From positions 124,001-188,000 of the forward strand of contig JAQFVV010000010.1 in NCBI GenBank assembly GCA_028023455.1: DNA of 64,000 bases, written 5' to 3'. Position numbers and translations under genes: made by a program. A model generated the notes under the pieces. That model did no database searches. It had not been told where the DNA came from and worked only from the letters and a program-made list of their open reading frames with translations. This document shows positions 1 to 11,982 of the stretch, piece by piece. Position 1 is the first letter of the stretch. Every line of letters starts with the position of its first letter. The DNA is from Epiperipatus broadwayi (lineage: Eukaryota > Animalia > Onychophora).

Positions 1-795
1 CAGCTATTCACTCCATCTTATTTAACCAATATACATGACCACATACATGTGAAAAAGATAAATGATTTCCAATACACATATTTTGTGATGAACCACCACT
101 CATCAATTAGTTCAGATCATCATCCTCACCCATATATACAATCAATGCTCAGTTTATGTTAGGATTGCAAATCCTCAAACTTTAATGGACAGGCTTCAAT
201 CTTTTTCACCCTTCAGTTATATAAGAGCAAGATGATAGTTGAAGAGGGTTTGAAAGTCTGTGGTCAAATCCCTTTGTATTGCATCTAATGTTCAGTATAT
301 ATAAAATACTTGTATTTAAAATATTACAGATTCAGCCTGAATTTTGCTCATCTCTCTTCTGTGTATTTAAATGGATATTTTAAAGTCCCTATATAGGAGA
401 GGTCAGAGCAAGGTGACTTAAAGTCAACATGAGTATGACAACAATATTGCCATCAACAAGGGCTTTGGGCATTCCATGATATAGATGATTGAATAGGTGG
501 AAAAGATTGAAACCTGTCCATTAAAGTTTAAAGATTTGCTATCTTAATATAAACTGACTATATATGTGTGTGAGAGAGATGATGGTCTAGACCAATTGAT
601 GACACTTGGTTCAGCATAAATTATATATATATATTGGAAATCATTTATCTTTTTGCATGTATGTGGTCATGTGTATCGTTTATATAAAATGGAGTATTGA
701 TAACTGACTGGAGCTTGAAAAACTTTGTTCAAATCCCCTCTAATTACAACTAAAGTTCAGTATATATAATATACTTGTATTTAAATTATATAATA
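1..795. repeat. Family-1 (~470-485 bp unit) short array with an orientation switch: 1-212 inverted, ~225-795 forward
   Basis: The reverse complement of 1-212 aligns with 497-707 (gattgaa.cctgtccattaaagttt...tcatttatcttttt.catgtatgtggtcatgt). 240-315 repeats at 715-790. The same motifs occur at 4470-4790 and 37961-39150. Confidence 0.8.
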
Positions 796-829
796 GTAGT
801 TTTTTCATTGTTATCTTTAATAAAACATT

Positions 830-1810
830 AAACTTTTTTGAAGGGGCGGGCAATTATTGTTTTGCATAAGGGTACTGACAATCCTTTCTCCGGACCTGAC
901 TATGCACATTCACTTTGGCAAGAATTAAAATTGAACAGTAAATCGCATGTATGCATTCGTTTCACCAGGTCATCGATTACTCGTGCCAGCGTTCTTTCGT
1001 GGCATCACAGAGTAGTTTAAAAATAAAATTAGCAGGGAAACTAACATTTTGACTAATAACTTTCGTTTATTGGAATATTATCTAATATTCATATAAATAA
1101 TGAATTCATTTTTTTTTTTTTAGAACATGGAAAATGTGTTTAATCTGACTTTATTTAGACATTTGTTTGTGCCATCGACTTTCATCACCGCCAGATTAAT
1201 ATTTAAGTACTGTATAGGGAATAATACTTGTCAGAAATTAACGGCGGTGTTACGGTAAAATTAAAATGGGTGTATTATATATGCGTGTAAATAGGGTACA
1301 TATTAAATTGTTACATTTATAAAGCATTTTGAGTCGTTGGCTTATAGTGATCTTTATTGATATTCCGAAATATGTGTTATTCTTACTCAAAATCTATCAG
1401 CAATCATTATTTTTAATTAAGTTATACATAGAATTTTGGCATTTCCTTTAAGAACAAATTGAAAGTTTTTATTGTATTTAAAGTTTAATTTATCTAAATA
1501 TAATTTTTGGAGTTACTGTATTTCAAATTTTCTTACTTTCACTATTATACTTAATAAAAATTTATTAAAGAAAATAAATACTTACTAAATTAACATGATA
1601 GTAAAATATTACCTGTTTTAGAATTGAAGGTATCATATGAACATGACTGTATCTATTTTTTATTTTTTTTACTTTAGAAGTTGGAAAGCCGGTTGTGAAG
1701 CTTGTTGCGCATCATTTCATTTTTATGTTAACCAACAACAATAAAATCACCGGAAAGCGTTAAATACTTTAATATTAAACAATGTTAAATAATTATTCCA
1801 AGATGCATGC
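830..1810. promoter_or_regulatory. CpG-enriched, promoter-like region with a GC box
   Basis: About 20 CpGs in ~1 kb against near absence in most of the window; GGGGCGGG at 843-850. No gene start could be tied to it. Confidence 0.3.
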
Positions 1811-2400
1811 TGAGTGAACTCAAAAAAAGTTTACAATTTAATGATTAATGAATTGTTCAAACATTATGAAAAATTCAATTAGACTGCAAATTTTAAAACT
1901 GCTTCTTAAACAGAATCAATATAAACAATATTTAACATAGAGCCTTAATACAATTTCGGGACAGAACATTAAAGATGAAAGTCAAACATTAAAGATGATA
2001 TTTTTTTTAAAAAAAAAAATCCAAATTATTATAATGAGATTTTGTAATAAAAGAACTATTGTATTTGTAAAAAAAAAAAAAAAAAACATTTCCAGATTGC
2101 AATTGTGATTTATTGCTTAGATTTTACTGAAGGTTTATGACTAAACAATAACTGGTAATCCATTTTTTGTTATTGCATAGCACACTCAATTAGCCTCATC
2201 TGCGTACACAGTACAACATATATAAATGTACTTTGGCATACAAATATGTACAGGCAGCCTTGTCGAATTTCCTAAATAAGATCGTTGCCAAACTGTGTAC
2301 AGTAATGTTATGATTATCATTAAAAACAAGTATATAAATAACAATAATGAATTCCAATTTAAAATACATATCAACTACTGCATAGTTTTTTTATTATAAC

Positions 2401-2703
2401 TGTCATGGAACAAGGAGATGATCTAGATGCTTATCACCTTATTCCAAATATTATGTACTCTAAAGCTAGCTTTAACCAGGGGATTGACTGTTAAGAACTT
2501 GTCTTAAGCTTACTTCAATACAGCTGATGTAAACAAAAAAAAACCAACGGTGAAAACAAGCTAATTGAATTATGTTACTAAGCCAATAAATCAGTTTGTT
2601 TATAATAAAATAGGAGATCTGGCTATAAAATTGAGATCCATGTGAGAGGCAATTACTAAGTCATGTTCAGAACAGTAATTCACAGCCTGGAATTATTCTG
2701 ACA
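2401..2703. mobile_element. Probable solo LTR (Gypsy-like)
   Basis: Starts TGTCA and ends TGACA (5-bp terminal inverted repeat), flanked by ATAAC/ATAAT (5-bp TSD with one mismatch), with internal AATAAA motifs. Confidence 0.5.
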
Positions 2704-2769
2704 ATAATACACCTCGCTAATATTTGCTAGAACACTGTTAATCACACTTAAACATTTGTAATTCCACCA

Positions 2770-3780
2770 CTCAGCAGCAAACTTTCCATACATTTGTGCC
2801 ACTAGTGCAAGTCTTAGTAATCAATGGATGCAAGAAAATATATGCATAAAATCCATGCCTAGTGCCTGCTCATCCAATATCCTCAAACTAGTTTCTAGCT
2901 TATGGTTTTTATTAGTGAGGAGCCTTGGATCTGAGAGCATTGTACCTAGATCATAGGAACTAATGCAACCCTCCAGCCACCTTTTATGTATTTAATTAGC
3001 TATAAAGCTATAAGCTATAGATCAAAACAATGTTTTCAATATAAGCTTGTTTGATTGTATAGTCCTATAGATCTGAACCCAGTTCAATATTTATACATTT
3101 TGGTGTTTTAGGTTCAACTAAATAGATAAAAGATATCTACTGGAGGAATGTATTAAATCCTAAGACCTAGTTGCAGTGCTTTCATATCCAAAGTTCCTTA
3201 CCTATGAAAGTCATAAGCTAGAAAAGAGTCTGGGAATATTGGATGAGTAGGTGCTAGATAAGGATTTTATGTGCAAATTTTCTTGCATCCATTGATTTCT
3301 AAAGTTTGTACTGAGTAACCACTACTGTATAGAGAGTTTGCTAAAGTATTGATAGTTTGTGTAAGCATAAAAAATGGTGATTGTTGTGTTTTAGTGATTT
3401 TATATGAATCCTGCTTATTGGTATTAAAATGTATAGATACTGACTGTATAAGTGAATTATCTTGAATTGAAAACATTAGTGTTTTCATCTTGTGCTCATA
3501 GTTTAGTTGTTATCTCAATATGTAAAAGTTAGCTGCTGGATTGTTACATTAGATCCTAAGATCCAGGTGCAGTGCTTTTATATTCAAGGCTTCTTATTAA
3601 TGACAGCCATAAGCTAAAATGTAGTCTGGGGACAATGCATGAGTAGACATTAGATAGAGATTTTATATCCAAATCTTGCATACATTGATTATGAAGTTTT
3701 GCACTAGGTGACATTATTGTATGAAGAGTTTGCTAGTATAATAATAGCTTGTGTAAGCATAGGAAATATTGATCAAGATG
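2770..3780. repeat. Family-2 (~390-455 bp unit) short array: ~2770-3115 inverted, then two forward monomers (~3125-3780)
   Basis: The reverse complement of 2797-3115 aligns with 48030-48340. 3141-3380 and 3530-3780 share gctggagg.ttgcattagatcc...catccattgatt...gagagtttgc. Confidence 0.75.
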
Positions 3781-4469
3781 AAAAACTTTGTTTCTTATCA
3801 TAAATAGATGCAATAAATATTATGACATTAATTTATTTATATTTCATTTATTTATTAGTAACAGCAATTTATAAAAATATATGTATATAAAGGAGATTGC
3901 CTTGATAACAGTTTGAGATTGTTGATGTTATTGATATTGGGATTGTTGAAATTTTGAAAATTTTGACTGTTTTTATTGATTACATATATGTGTGTGTGTT
4001 TGCATGTGTAAGAATGTGTATATATCACAGATAATATGGAATAAAATATATTCTATAATAATATGTAGATTAGAAAGTAATAATAAAAATGTAAAAGGTC
4101 GACAGACGATTAACTCTAAAAACTCCATAAATATAACAGCCAATAGCATTCCTCTCAGCAAACATTAATTGCTTAATCTAATAACCATCACCAACTTCTA
4201 CGTCAACTACATCAATTTACATATGAAAATATACAAATATATGATAATCAGTGACTAATACAATGTATGTTTATATGAATTCAGATATATTAATATATTT
4301 CTAATATTCACAATAATTATGTTTTGACAAAGATATGCTGTATAGAAAGCCTAGCTCAGCATATTAATAAATATTGTTCTATTCCAAAAATTTATTACTG
4401 TAATAGTTGTTAATTATCTATACATTTTTGTTCAATATATTTTATTATATATATATAGTTTGGTAAACA

Positions 4470-4790
4470 AGGGCCCATCATCAGATTTTCAATGATATAG
4501 ATGGCTTAAGAGTTGAAGAGTGGAGAAGATTAAAGCCTGATTTGCTATCTTAATATAAACCAAGCACTGGAGATAATGATCCAGACCAACTGATAATTGC
4601 TCATTCAGCACAGAATACATATATTGGAGAGCATTTATCTTTTTCACATGTATGTGGTTATGTATATTAGTTGTATAAAATATGGAGTGGATGACTGAAG
4701 ATAGCTTCAAAGTCTGGGTTCAAATCCCTTCTAATTACATCTATCTTACTGTACAAATATTATACATCTATTTAAATATTATGTATATAT
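4470..4790 (+). repeat. Partial Family-1 monomer
   Basis: Shares gatttgctatcttaatataaac...atttatctttttcacatgtatgtgg...aagtctgggttcaaatccc with 500-790 and 38500-38700. Confidence 0.75.
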
Positions 4791-6067
4791 ACAATAACAG
4801 TGTATTAGGTTTTTCATTGAAGAAAGTATAAAAATAGATATAAATAGCACTAGTAAGTATCTATCTATATATACTGGGCATTGACTGTAGCTAAGTCTTT
4901 TATCATGACAATAATATAATGTACTACAAAGCCTTATAAGTAGATCTACAATGTATGCCTCTATAATTAGAAAAGTTTTCTGTTTTTTGTCCATGTTCAG
5001 CACATACTTTCAGCTATGTCTATAGAATTGTGAGGCATAATTAAATATTTGTAGTAATTCAATGGGCATAAGTATAATTTTCATAGAATCAAAGTAGAGA
5101 CATAGTGATAACTGAGGATAATAAAAAATGCTTCATCTTGGTTAGCTATTTATGATGGAATAAAAATGAGGCATATATATGTAGTTGCTATCTATATATT
5201 ATGTAGTTTATTTTTCTGCTATTTATGTTAATGACTATATTTTGCTCCAAATTGGCACATTATTTGTAATGGATCAAAATAGAATAAAATAGGTAGATGT
5301 GATAATGATGATCATGCTGAGATCCATGTTGCTACAAAGTGAGTACAGACAAACAAATAAGTAGTAAATATGTAATTTTTATATGTGTATGATGTAGCAA
5401 TGCTTCAAAGACATTATTATGTAATATAATTCTTAATCATAGAGCACTAAATAATGATATTTAGTGTAGGTGGCAAGAAATTCTACGGAATTTGTTTACA
5501 AATACTTCATTTAGTATTTAAAGAAATTTATTATCATCATCATTTCAACCATTATTAGCCCAATGCAAGATGAAATGTGAAGTTTCGATACTTCTGTTCT
5601 GCTAAATATTAAAGTTTCAGATTCATATGTGGTAAAATACATCTAAGATTTTCAAATACATAAGTATATTTCCTTTTAATATTAAGTTATTTTTATCAAA
5701 ATTATTCTATCCAAGGTTAATTCTATGATTATTTTCATCTATTATGTTTAATTCTATAAAAAAAAAAATGTATATCTATTATGTTTCCACCTATATTAAT
5801 AATCTGAAAAAGGTATTTGTAGTTGTTATAATTCATGATTATCAATATTTATTTCCTTATCGTATTAAAGGTTAGTATTATCATCATGAGAGATGATTTC
5901 TGAGTATTTTAATGATCCAAATTATATTTTATTAAATTTCCTAAATAATAGTAGAGATTTTTCTTAAATTAATTAAAAACCCATTAAGACTTAAAGTAAT
6001 TAATTTTACAATTTAGTAATAATATTGCAGAACAAAATTATTATAGTTTATTTAATATTATATTATT

Positions 6068-6166
6068 TTATATTTTTCTAAATTTTGTCTGGATTATTGG
6101 ATCTCCATAAAATTGCCCTTTGTTATCCAATATCCTGTGCTTTGTTCTTTCTATAATATGATCTCC
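6068..6166 (-). CDS. Candidate terminal coding exon of an unidentified minus-strand gene (GDHIIERTKHRILDNKGQFYGDPIIQTKFRKI*)
   Basis: Strong acceptor (ttttaatctttatctcAG), open 32-codon frame ending in TAA, and composition unlike the AT-rich flanks. No homology recognised. Confidence 0.35.
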   Translation of the reverse strand, partial: GDHIIERTKHRILDNKGQFYGDPIIQTKFRKI

Positions 6167-6453
6167 CTGAGATAAAGATTAAAATACAATAAAAATTTAG
6201 ATCAAGATTTATTTCAAATTAAAATTAGAATATTATTCTTATAATAAATTGTACTAGTATTATTCTTATATATTTAGTTCGAATATTATTTTAGGGTTTA
6301 TTTAAATAAGATTATTATAGTTAGTCATAGAGATATGATTGTAATTCTTAAAAGATTGGAAGTCTGTAGTATTTCTATTCAGTGAAGTATGTGCCTTTGA
6401 TACTTATTTGACTTTAAAGCAATCTGTATAACACAGCATGTGAACATAGTTTC

Positions 6454-6477
6454 ATGATGATGATGATGATGATGATG

Positions 6478-6509
<32 letters not shown>
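6454..6509. repeat. Compound microsatellite (ATG)n(ATT)n
   Basis: Read directly; it produces the spurious poly-N/poly-H ORF 6379..6588. Confidence 0.95.
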
Positions 6510-6510
<1 letters not shown>

Positions 6511-6710
6511 CTTCTGAGCTAGGAAATTATTCATTAATACATAATTACTTGTTAAAGCAGTTCTGAGATCAGTGGTTATTATCATCATTTATAATTTGAT
6601 TTTTGCTTGTACCCACTTGGTACTCTCTCGTGCTGCTTACCTTACCTATGTTTGTGTTGATTATCATGGATACCTTGGTTTCCTTGGTATGGTTACAATT
6701 TATATATATA

Positions 6711-9700
6711 TTGAATGGTAAATCTGATTCAGATTTGCCGTTTCACAGTCTGACCCACCTAATTATTTATTTTACTAACGTTTGCTTTTTTATTAATCTA
6801 ATAAAAAAACACATTTTAACATTTTTTTAACTATCCTGAATAAATCGCTAAAATTTATTTTGGATAGTATTATTGTACTAATACACTAAATTATTCTAGT
6901 TTTATTATTAAAAAGAAAAAAATTCAAGTAATACATTTTGAATTTTTTATATATATTTCATTTATATATGCGTTTATAATATCTTATTTTTTTCAGTTAA
7001 AGAATCCAAGATGGCCTTTTCTGAAAGATTTGTACCTTGATAAGAAGTTTAAAATAAATGTTTAAATTAAAAACACTTAGAAATTACCAAAAATCCATTT
7101 TACTTTGGAATTTCTATTGATTAATTAGTAGAGATTCTACATCGTTATCTTAAAATAAAAACTAACAAAAAAATTATATTGAAATCTATTGATCCTTATC
7201 GAGGTACAAACTTTCTAAAATTAGAATAAAAGCGTAATTTCTATTGTTTCTAAAAAGAATATCACCTGAGGCAGCAGGGAAATGGTATACGATTAAGAAG
7301 TTATAAATAGTGGTCCTTTTTAGAGAGAAAAGAGAACAGATAGAAAGAAAGATGTAGAAGTCTCCATGCCATGACGAGTGAGTAGTAAAAAGGGTCAATC
7401 ACTGCCCATTTCCCTCCTGAAATGTAGAACCTGACATACTGCTGCTAGAACTATGCCCTCAAATGCCACAAGCCATCAACATTCACCCACAGAACTCATA
7501 CTAGGGAGCACCAAAATAGTATCCAGATTTTACAAGGTTATTACTAGAATGTAAATATAATTTTTAAAGTGTTAAAATGTAAAAAGTTATTGTTTATTGA
7601 AAACCTTTTAACTGTCTCTTTGACCTTTTCTTTTAAATTATAATATTTTATTAACTCAAATTCACCATAATTTTCAATTTTAATCTATATCATTATTTAA
7701 ATATGAATTTATTTATTTGTTTTTATGTTACTTTTAGCATGAGATTTCATGCGTTGATTTTTTTATTATTTCGACAAACTTCACTCATGGGGGCTCAGAG
7801 AGTAATTTGCTAAGAGAGCAAATTATGTCTATTCGGAGAAAGGAATGTTAACAAAGAACGATTTAATTTTAAAATAAAATAATCTTGATCTATTTTTATT
7901 TTCACTAGGGACGTTATGTCTAATATATATATATATGTCAAAATAAACATCCCGTATTTCTTTAATCAGTTTTTATTATAGATTTCCCAGAATGGGATTC
8001 TATTATTTTATATTTCTGCAATTTAAAACAAAAAGTAATATGCTATAAATTTTGACCTAGTAACAGTGCCACTGGATAGCATAAGTTAATTATCATGCCT
8101 TTTTTTTAGTTAGGAAAGAGGGTTAGGGGTATTTATTCGAGAAATAAATTTCCTTATTTCTATATGTATGATTTTGTAGGTTAAATATTTATATAAAGTA
8201 GTTGCTTATGCAGGTTGGTCTCTATGCAGTATTAGATCATTTTAAGGCTGTTTAATTATAATTCATTCGTATTTAATGATTATAATATCTCAGGTTATAA
8301 AGAATGCTTGGAGTATTATGGATAGGGTGCGGAGTTAGCTTCCATTTTCGCATACGTCTGTTGAATCGGACAGCGTGGCTGAGATAGAGTGGGTTAGCCT
8401 GCATGGTACCTGTAGAGGCAGGCACATTGACTCTCTGTAAATCCTATCTCCTATCGGTATATGAACACAAAATGTGGACGTATCGATTTTCCTTTTTATT
8501 CTTTGTTGGAATATGCATGCGAGGGTCCATAATCCGGCTCGTATTTCCTACTTACATTTTCTTCTCTCCATTGCATTCGGATAGTTATTAACCCAACATT
8601 CTTTTGCTTTTCTTTTGCCTATCTAATATCTAAGCCATAGGGAAATGATTCTACTGAAAGGATCTTTGACCTGAGTAATCAACTCTTTTGTTCATTTTCG
8701 TAATTAGTTAAAATCGTTTGATTTTAGCTAATTAACGTTATAGTTATTATAGGTATGATTTTAATTGTAAGTCCAACTAAAGTGGCTTGTTTGCATGATA
8801 ATTAACTGATCTAATTTTTTTTTGTTATAACAGCTTAGTTTTAATCACTGTAAAGTTACCTATAAGCTGTTCCAGCAAGGTCCACTAATGTCATAAAACA
8901 TTAGTTATTTGAAATCTAAAGTATTATTTTTATAGAGAGAAATAAAACAATTCTTTTTTATATGTTAGTGGAGTAAGATGTCAAATTACTCTTATTATAA
9001 TCGTTTATTTAATTAATGTCGTTTCCAATAGAAAATGTTTTGTTTAAATCTTATTGTAATTATTTCCATTGATACCCGTTTTTTTTTTTTATAAAATGGT
9101 TTTTTTTAAATGCTTTCTTTGTAAAAAGCAATAAAACATTTATTATTTATATACCGCAGTCAGGCAAATGTTTAACCCTACTGCTGTATTATAAGCTTCT
9201 ACTAATTGTGCATGGATAATATTAAAATCCGTGATCATTTAATTATAGTATCGTTTTGATATTTTAAAAGGAAAATGAATGTAGACAAAAGTAAAAGTTT
9301 GTAAACTTAACAAAATAAATTCTACAAACCCAATAATGTCAATGTTAACTACTAATATAAATAAATTCGTCATGAACTGGTATAATTATAAAGTTAATTT
9401 AAAGATTGTATTTTTTGTTTTTAAAGAGCTTGAGTTAAATATGACTGTAAAATGTTTAATGATTTTTAAATATATATATATAACCAAAACAAAACTTCCA
9501 GTGTTCCTCGAATAATTTTATTTACTTTTATTTTAAATAATTTTTGATTTTTAAATATATCTATCAATCAATCACCCAAGTTCTCATTTAAATATAATAA
9601 AAATTGAAACTCATGCTTTAAGACCTAGCTGCCGGCACGATGAAAGTAAAGGAATTCGATCATATTGTCGAGAAAGGCTATTGATTAGATCTTTGACCTG

Positions 9701-9828
9701 GGAATATAGGTAAATAGGGAAAAATCCACAATGTACCTGATTGATATATCTTGTACATGGTCAGACTCAAGGTACTTTACCTGTGTTCAGGGGTTTGTTG
9801 GATCGATGTGTGTTTTTTGACCGGTACA
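6711..9828 (+). repeat. 5' LTR (3118 bp)
   Basis: Colinear with 11983-15104 from (t)gaatggtaaatctgattcag to gtgtgtttt...ggtaca; roughly 90-96% identical in the stretches compared by eye. Confidence 0.85.
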
Positions 9829-11063
9829 TCTTTTTTTTTCCGGGTTTTGTACGCCCATTTGTGGGGCTAGTACATATTTCCATACCCTGTATATTGTTAA
9901 GCATATATGTATAATGTTTTTTTGAATAACACTAAATAATAAATATGTGTAAGATTTGTTTTCTCAAATTTGTATGATTTTTGCACACACTGCAAAACCT
10001 TGAATAATGTTTAATGTATATGTGTTTTTAATGCTTTTTGACACAGCAATAAATAATGTATACATATAAATTTTTTTTTCCCCTGAGCTTTGGATGCTCA
10101 AAAATGGTGGGGATTTTAGATAAATACCTACACCATGATAAATAAATATGTTTACAAAGTGAAATATGTGAAATACACATGTATTTTTTTTTACATTGTT
10201 TTGTGGTAGAGAGTAAAAATAATGGGTGCACAAATAGCTGGTATCCAGAATTTAAAAGTGGTAAATGTAAAACAGACTCAAAATAAAAAGGAAAACAGAT
10301 CAGATTTATTTTCTATCTGTGATTTTTAATTCATATGTAAAATGTAAAAGAAAAATAAACCAAATTAAGTATGTTTTGGTGTATAAATAAATCTTCAGAG
10401 TCTGTAAAATATTGTGATATAAAAAAAAAAATAATAACTAAATGAAAGTTATGTAATAGCAACAAATGTTTGTTAATAGAGACTTGGGTGAATAGATGGT
10501 TAATAATAAAGCATATATATTATTTGGCTGGCGCCCTTACAAAAAAATTTGCCAATAGTTTAATTAAATATTTTCAAACACAAAGTAGTGTTATTTAAGA
10601 TTCACACCTGGAAAAATGAAATGGTTAAAGAGTCTGTACAACCTAAATGTAACTTAAATCATGTAAACCAATTGTTATCAAACAATTGTCCAGGCACATG
10701 AGAGCAACCAGAGGTTAAAAGAATAAATTTGTTTCGTTTCTTATAGGAAAATAGGTTTTTGCTAATTTTTTTTTAGCTGAGTGGCAAATAATTTTATAAC
10801 TAAAGGCAGTAAACAGAACAGGTATAGTAGGATGGGAGATGTTTTAGGAGGGAAGTGTGGTGTTACCTGTTAAAGTCAAATAAATATATAGAGTTTTGTT
10901 TATCCCACAATAATTCAAAAAAAAAAAAAAAGAATAGTCTCAGAATCAAAGTTTAAACAGTTTTTCTTCAAGTAAAAAAAAAGTTCAATTTTTTTTAAGC
11001 GAAGTGTACCAAAAAAAAAATAATAATAATATTTTTTTTAAATAAAAAGATTTTCTGTTTTAG

Positions 11064-11719
11064 ATGGAGTGCACAAAAGAACAGCAGATGGAAGAGCAAC
11101 AGAAAAATGCTGAAGAGAGGTTGATGTCTGAGATGATGTCTGTAATGATGGAAAATTTAAAGATGGTGATGAATGATTTTAGGACAACAATTATGTCTGA
11201 AATCAAGGAAGAGCTGCAAAAGCATCTAGAAGCAGTAGAAAAAAGAATACAGAGAGTAGAAGAATGCCAGATGGAAAAAAACTTGATTTAATACAAGAAC
11301 CAGTCAACATAAACACAATACTGCAGACGGAAATGGAAAATATCACTCATGATGAACCAGCAAAAATTCAGACATGAAATGATGATGACCAAAGCCAAGA
11401 TCAAATAGCCATAAGAGAAACAGAAGTCAACCAGAAGACCACTAATAATAAGGTTCAAACCCCATCAAATATCTCACTGGAACCATCATTGATATTTCAA
11501 CTGATCCATAACCAGATGTTCCAAGGTGATATGGTAGGTCTTAAAGCACAAAAACTGAATAATGTAACCAAGAGGAGAGTAAAAAATTTCTTCTCACTTT
11601 TCCATGGCCCCTACAAGATTAAAAGAAAAGGTCAGGATAAGGCTGTTTTATTAGGAGAACAAAGAAATGTTAATGTCAGGCATTTAAAGCAATATGTCCC
11701 ACCAGATCCAGGGAGATAG
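11064..11719 (+). pseudogene. Gag-like coiled coil followed by Gypsy integrase C-terminal (GPY/F) remnant
   Basis: FQGDMVGLK...FFSLFHGPYKIKRK...NVNVRHLKQY fits the Gypsy integrase tail pattern. An E/Q/M-rich coiled coil lies at 11064-11291. One -1 frameshift and one TGA separate the parts. Confidence 0.7.
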
Positions 11720-11970
11720 TAATAAATTAATGAAGCCAATTTGATATTTTGTAAATAACAGCAATTTGTAACTGGACTAAGAAATGGAAAAGATTTTGGC
11801 ATGTATATAGATTTACAAGAAATGCCTAATTCAAACAAATATGACATTTCAGATTGAAACCAAAGGGTAGGTAGTGTGAGAAATAACTGTTTGGGACTCT
11901 GTGACCTGGAAAGTTTTAAAAATTTCCTATCTGTGTTCAAAAAAATATATCTATAGATATTTTTTTTCAT

Positions 11971-11982
11971 GAAGTGGAGAAG
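11971..11982 (+). promoter_or_regulatory. Polypurine tract (plus-strand priming site)
   Basis: gaagtggagaag immediately precedes the TGTGAAATGG start of the 3' LTR. Confidence 0.65.

Noticed and set aside
8403-8591. 62-aa ORF inside the 5' LTR
   Set aside because: The second LTR copy has an in-frame TGA, so it is not conserved.
9620-9700. Possible hammerhead ribozyme near the LTR end
   Set aside because: The CUGANGA...GAAA core is absent in both LTR copies.
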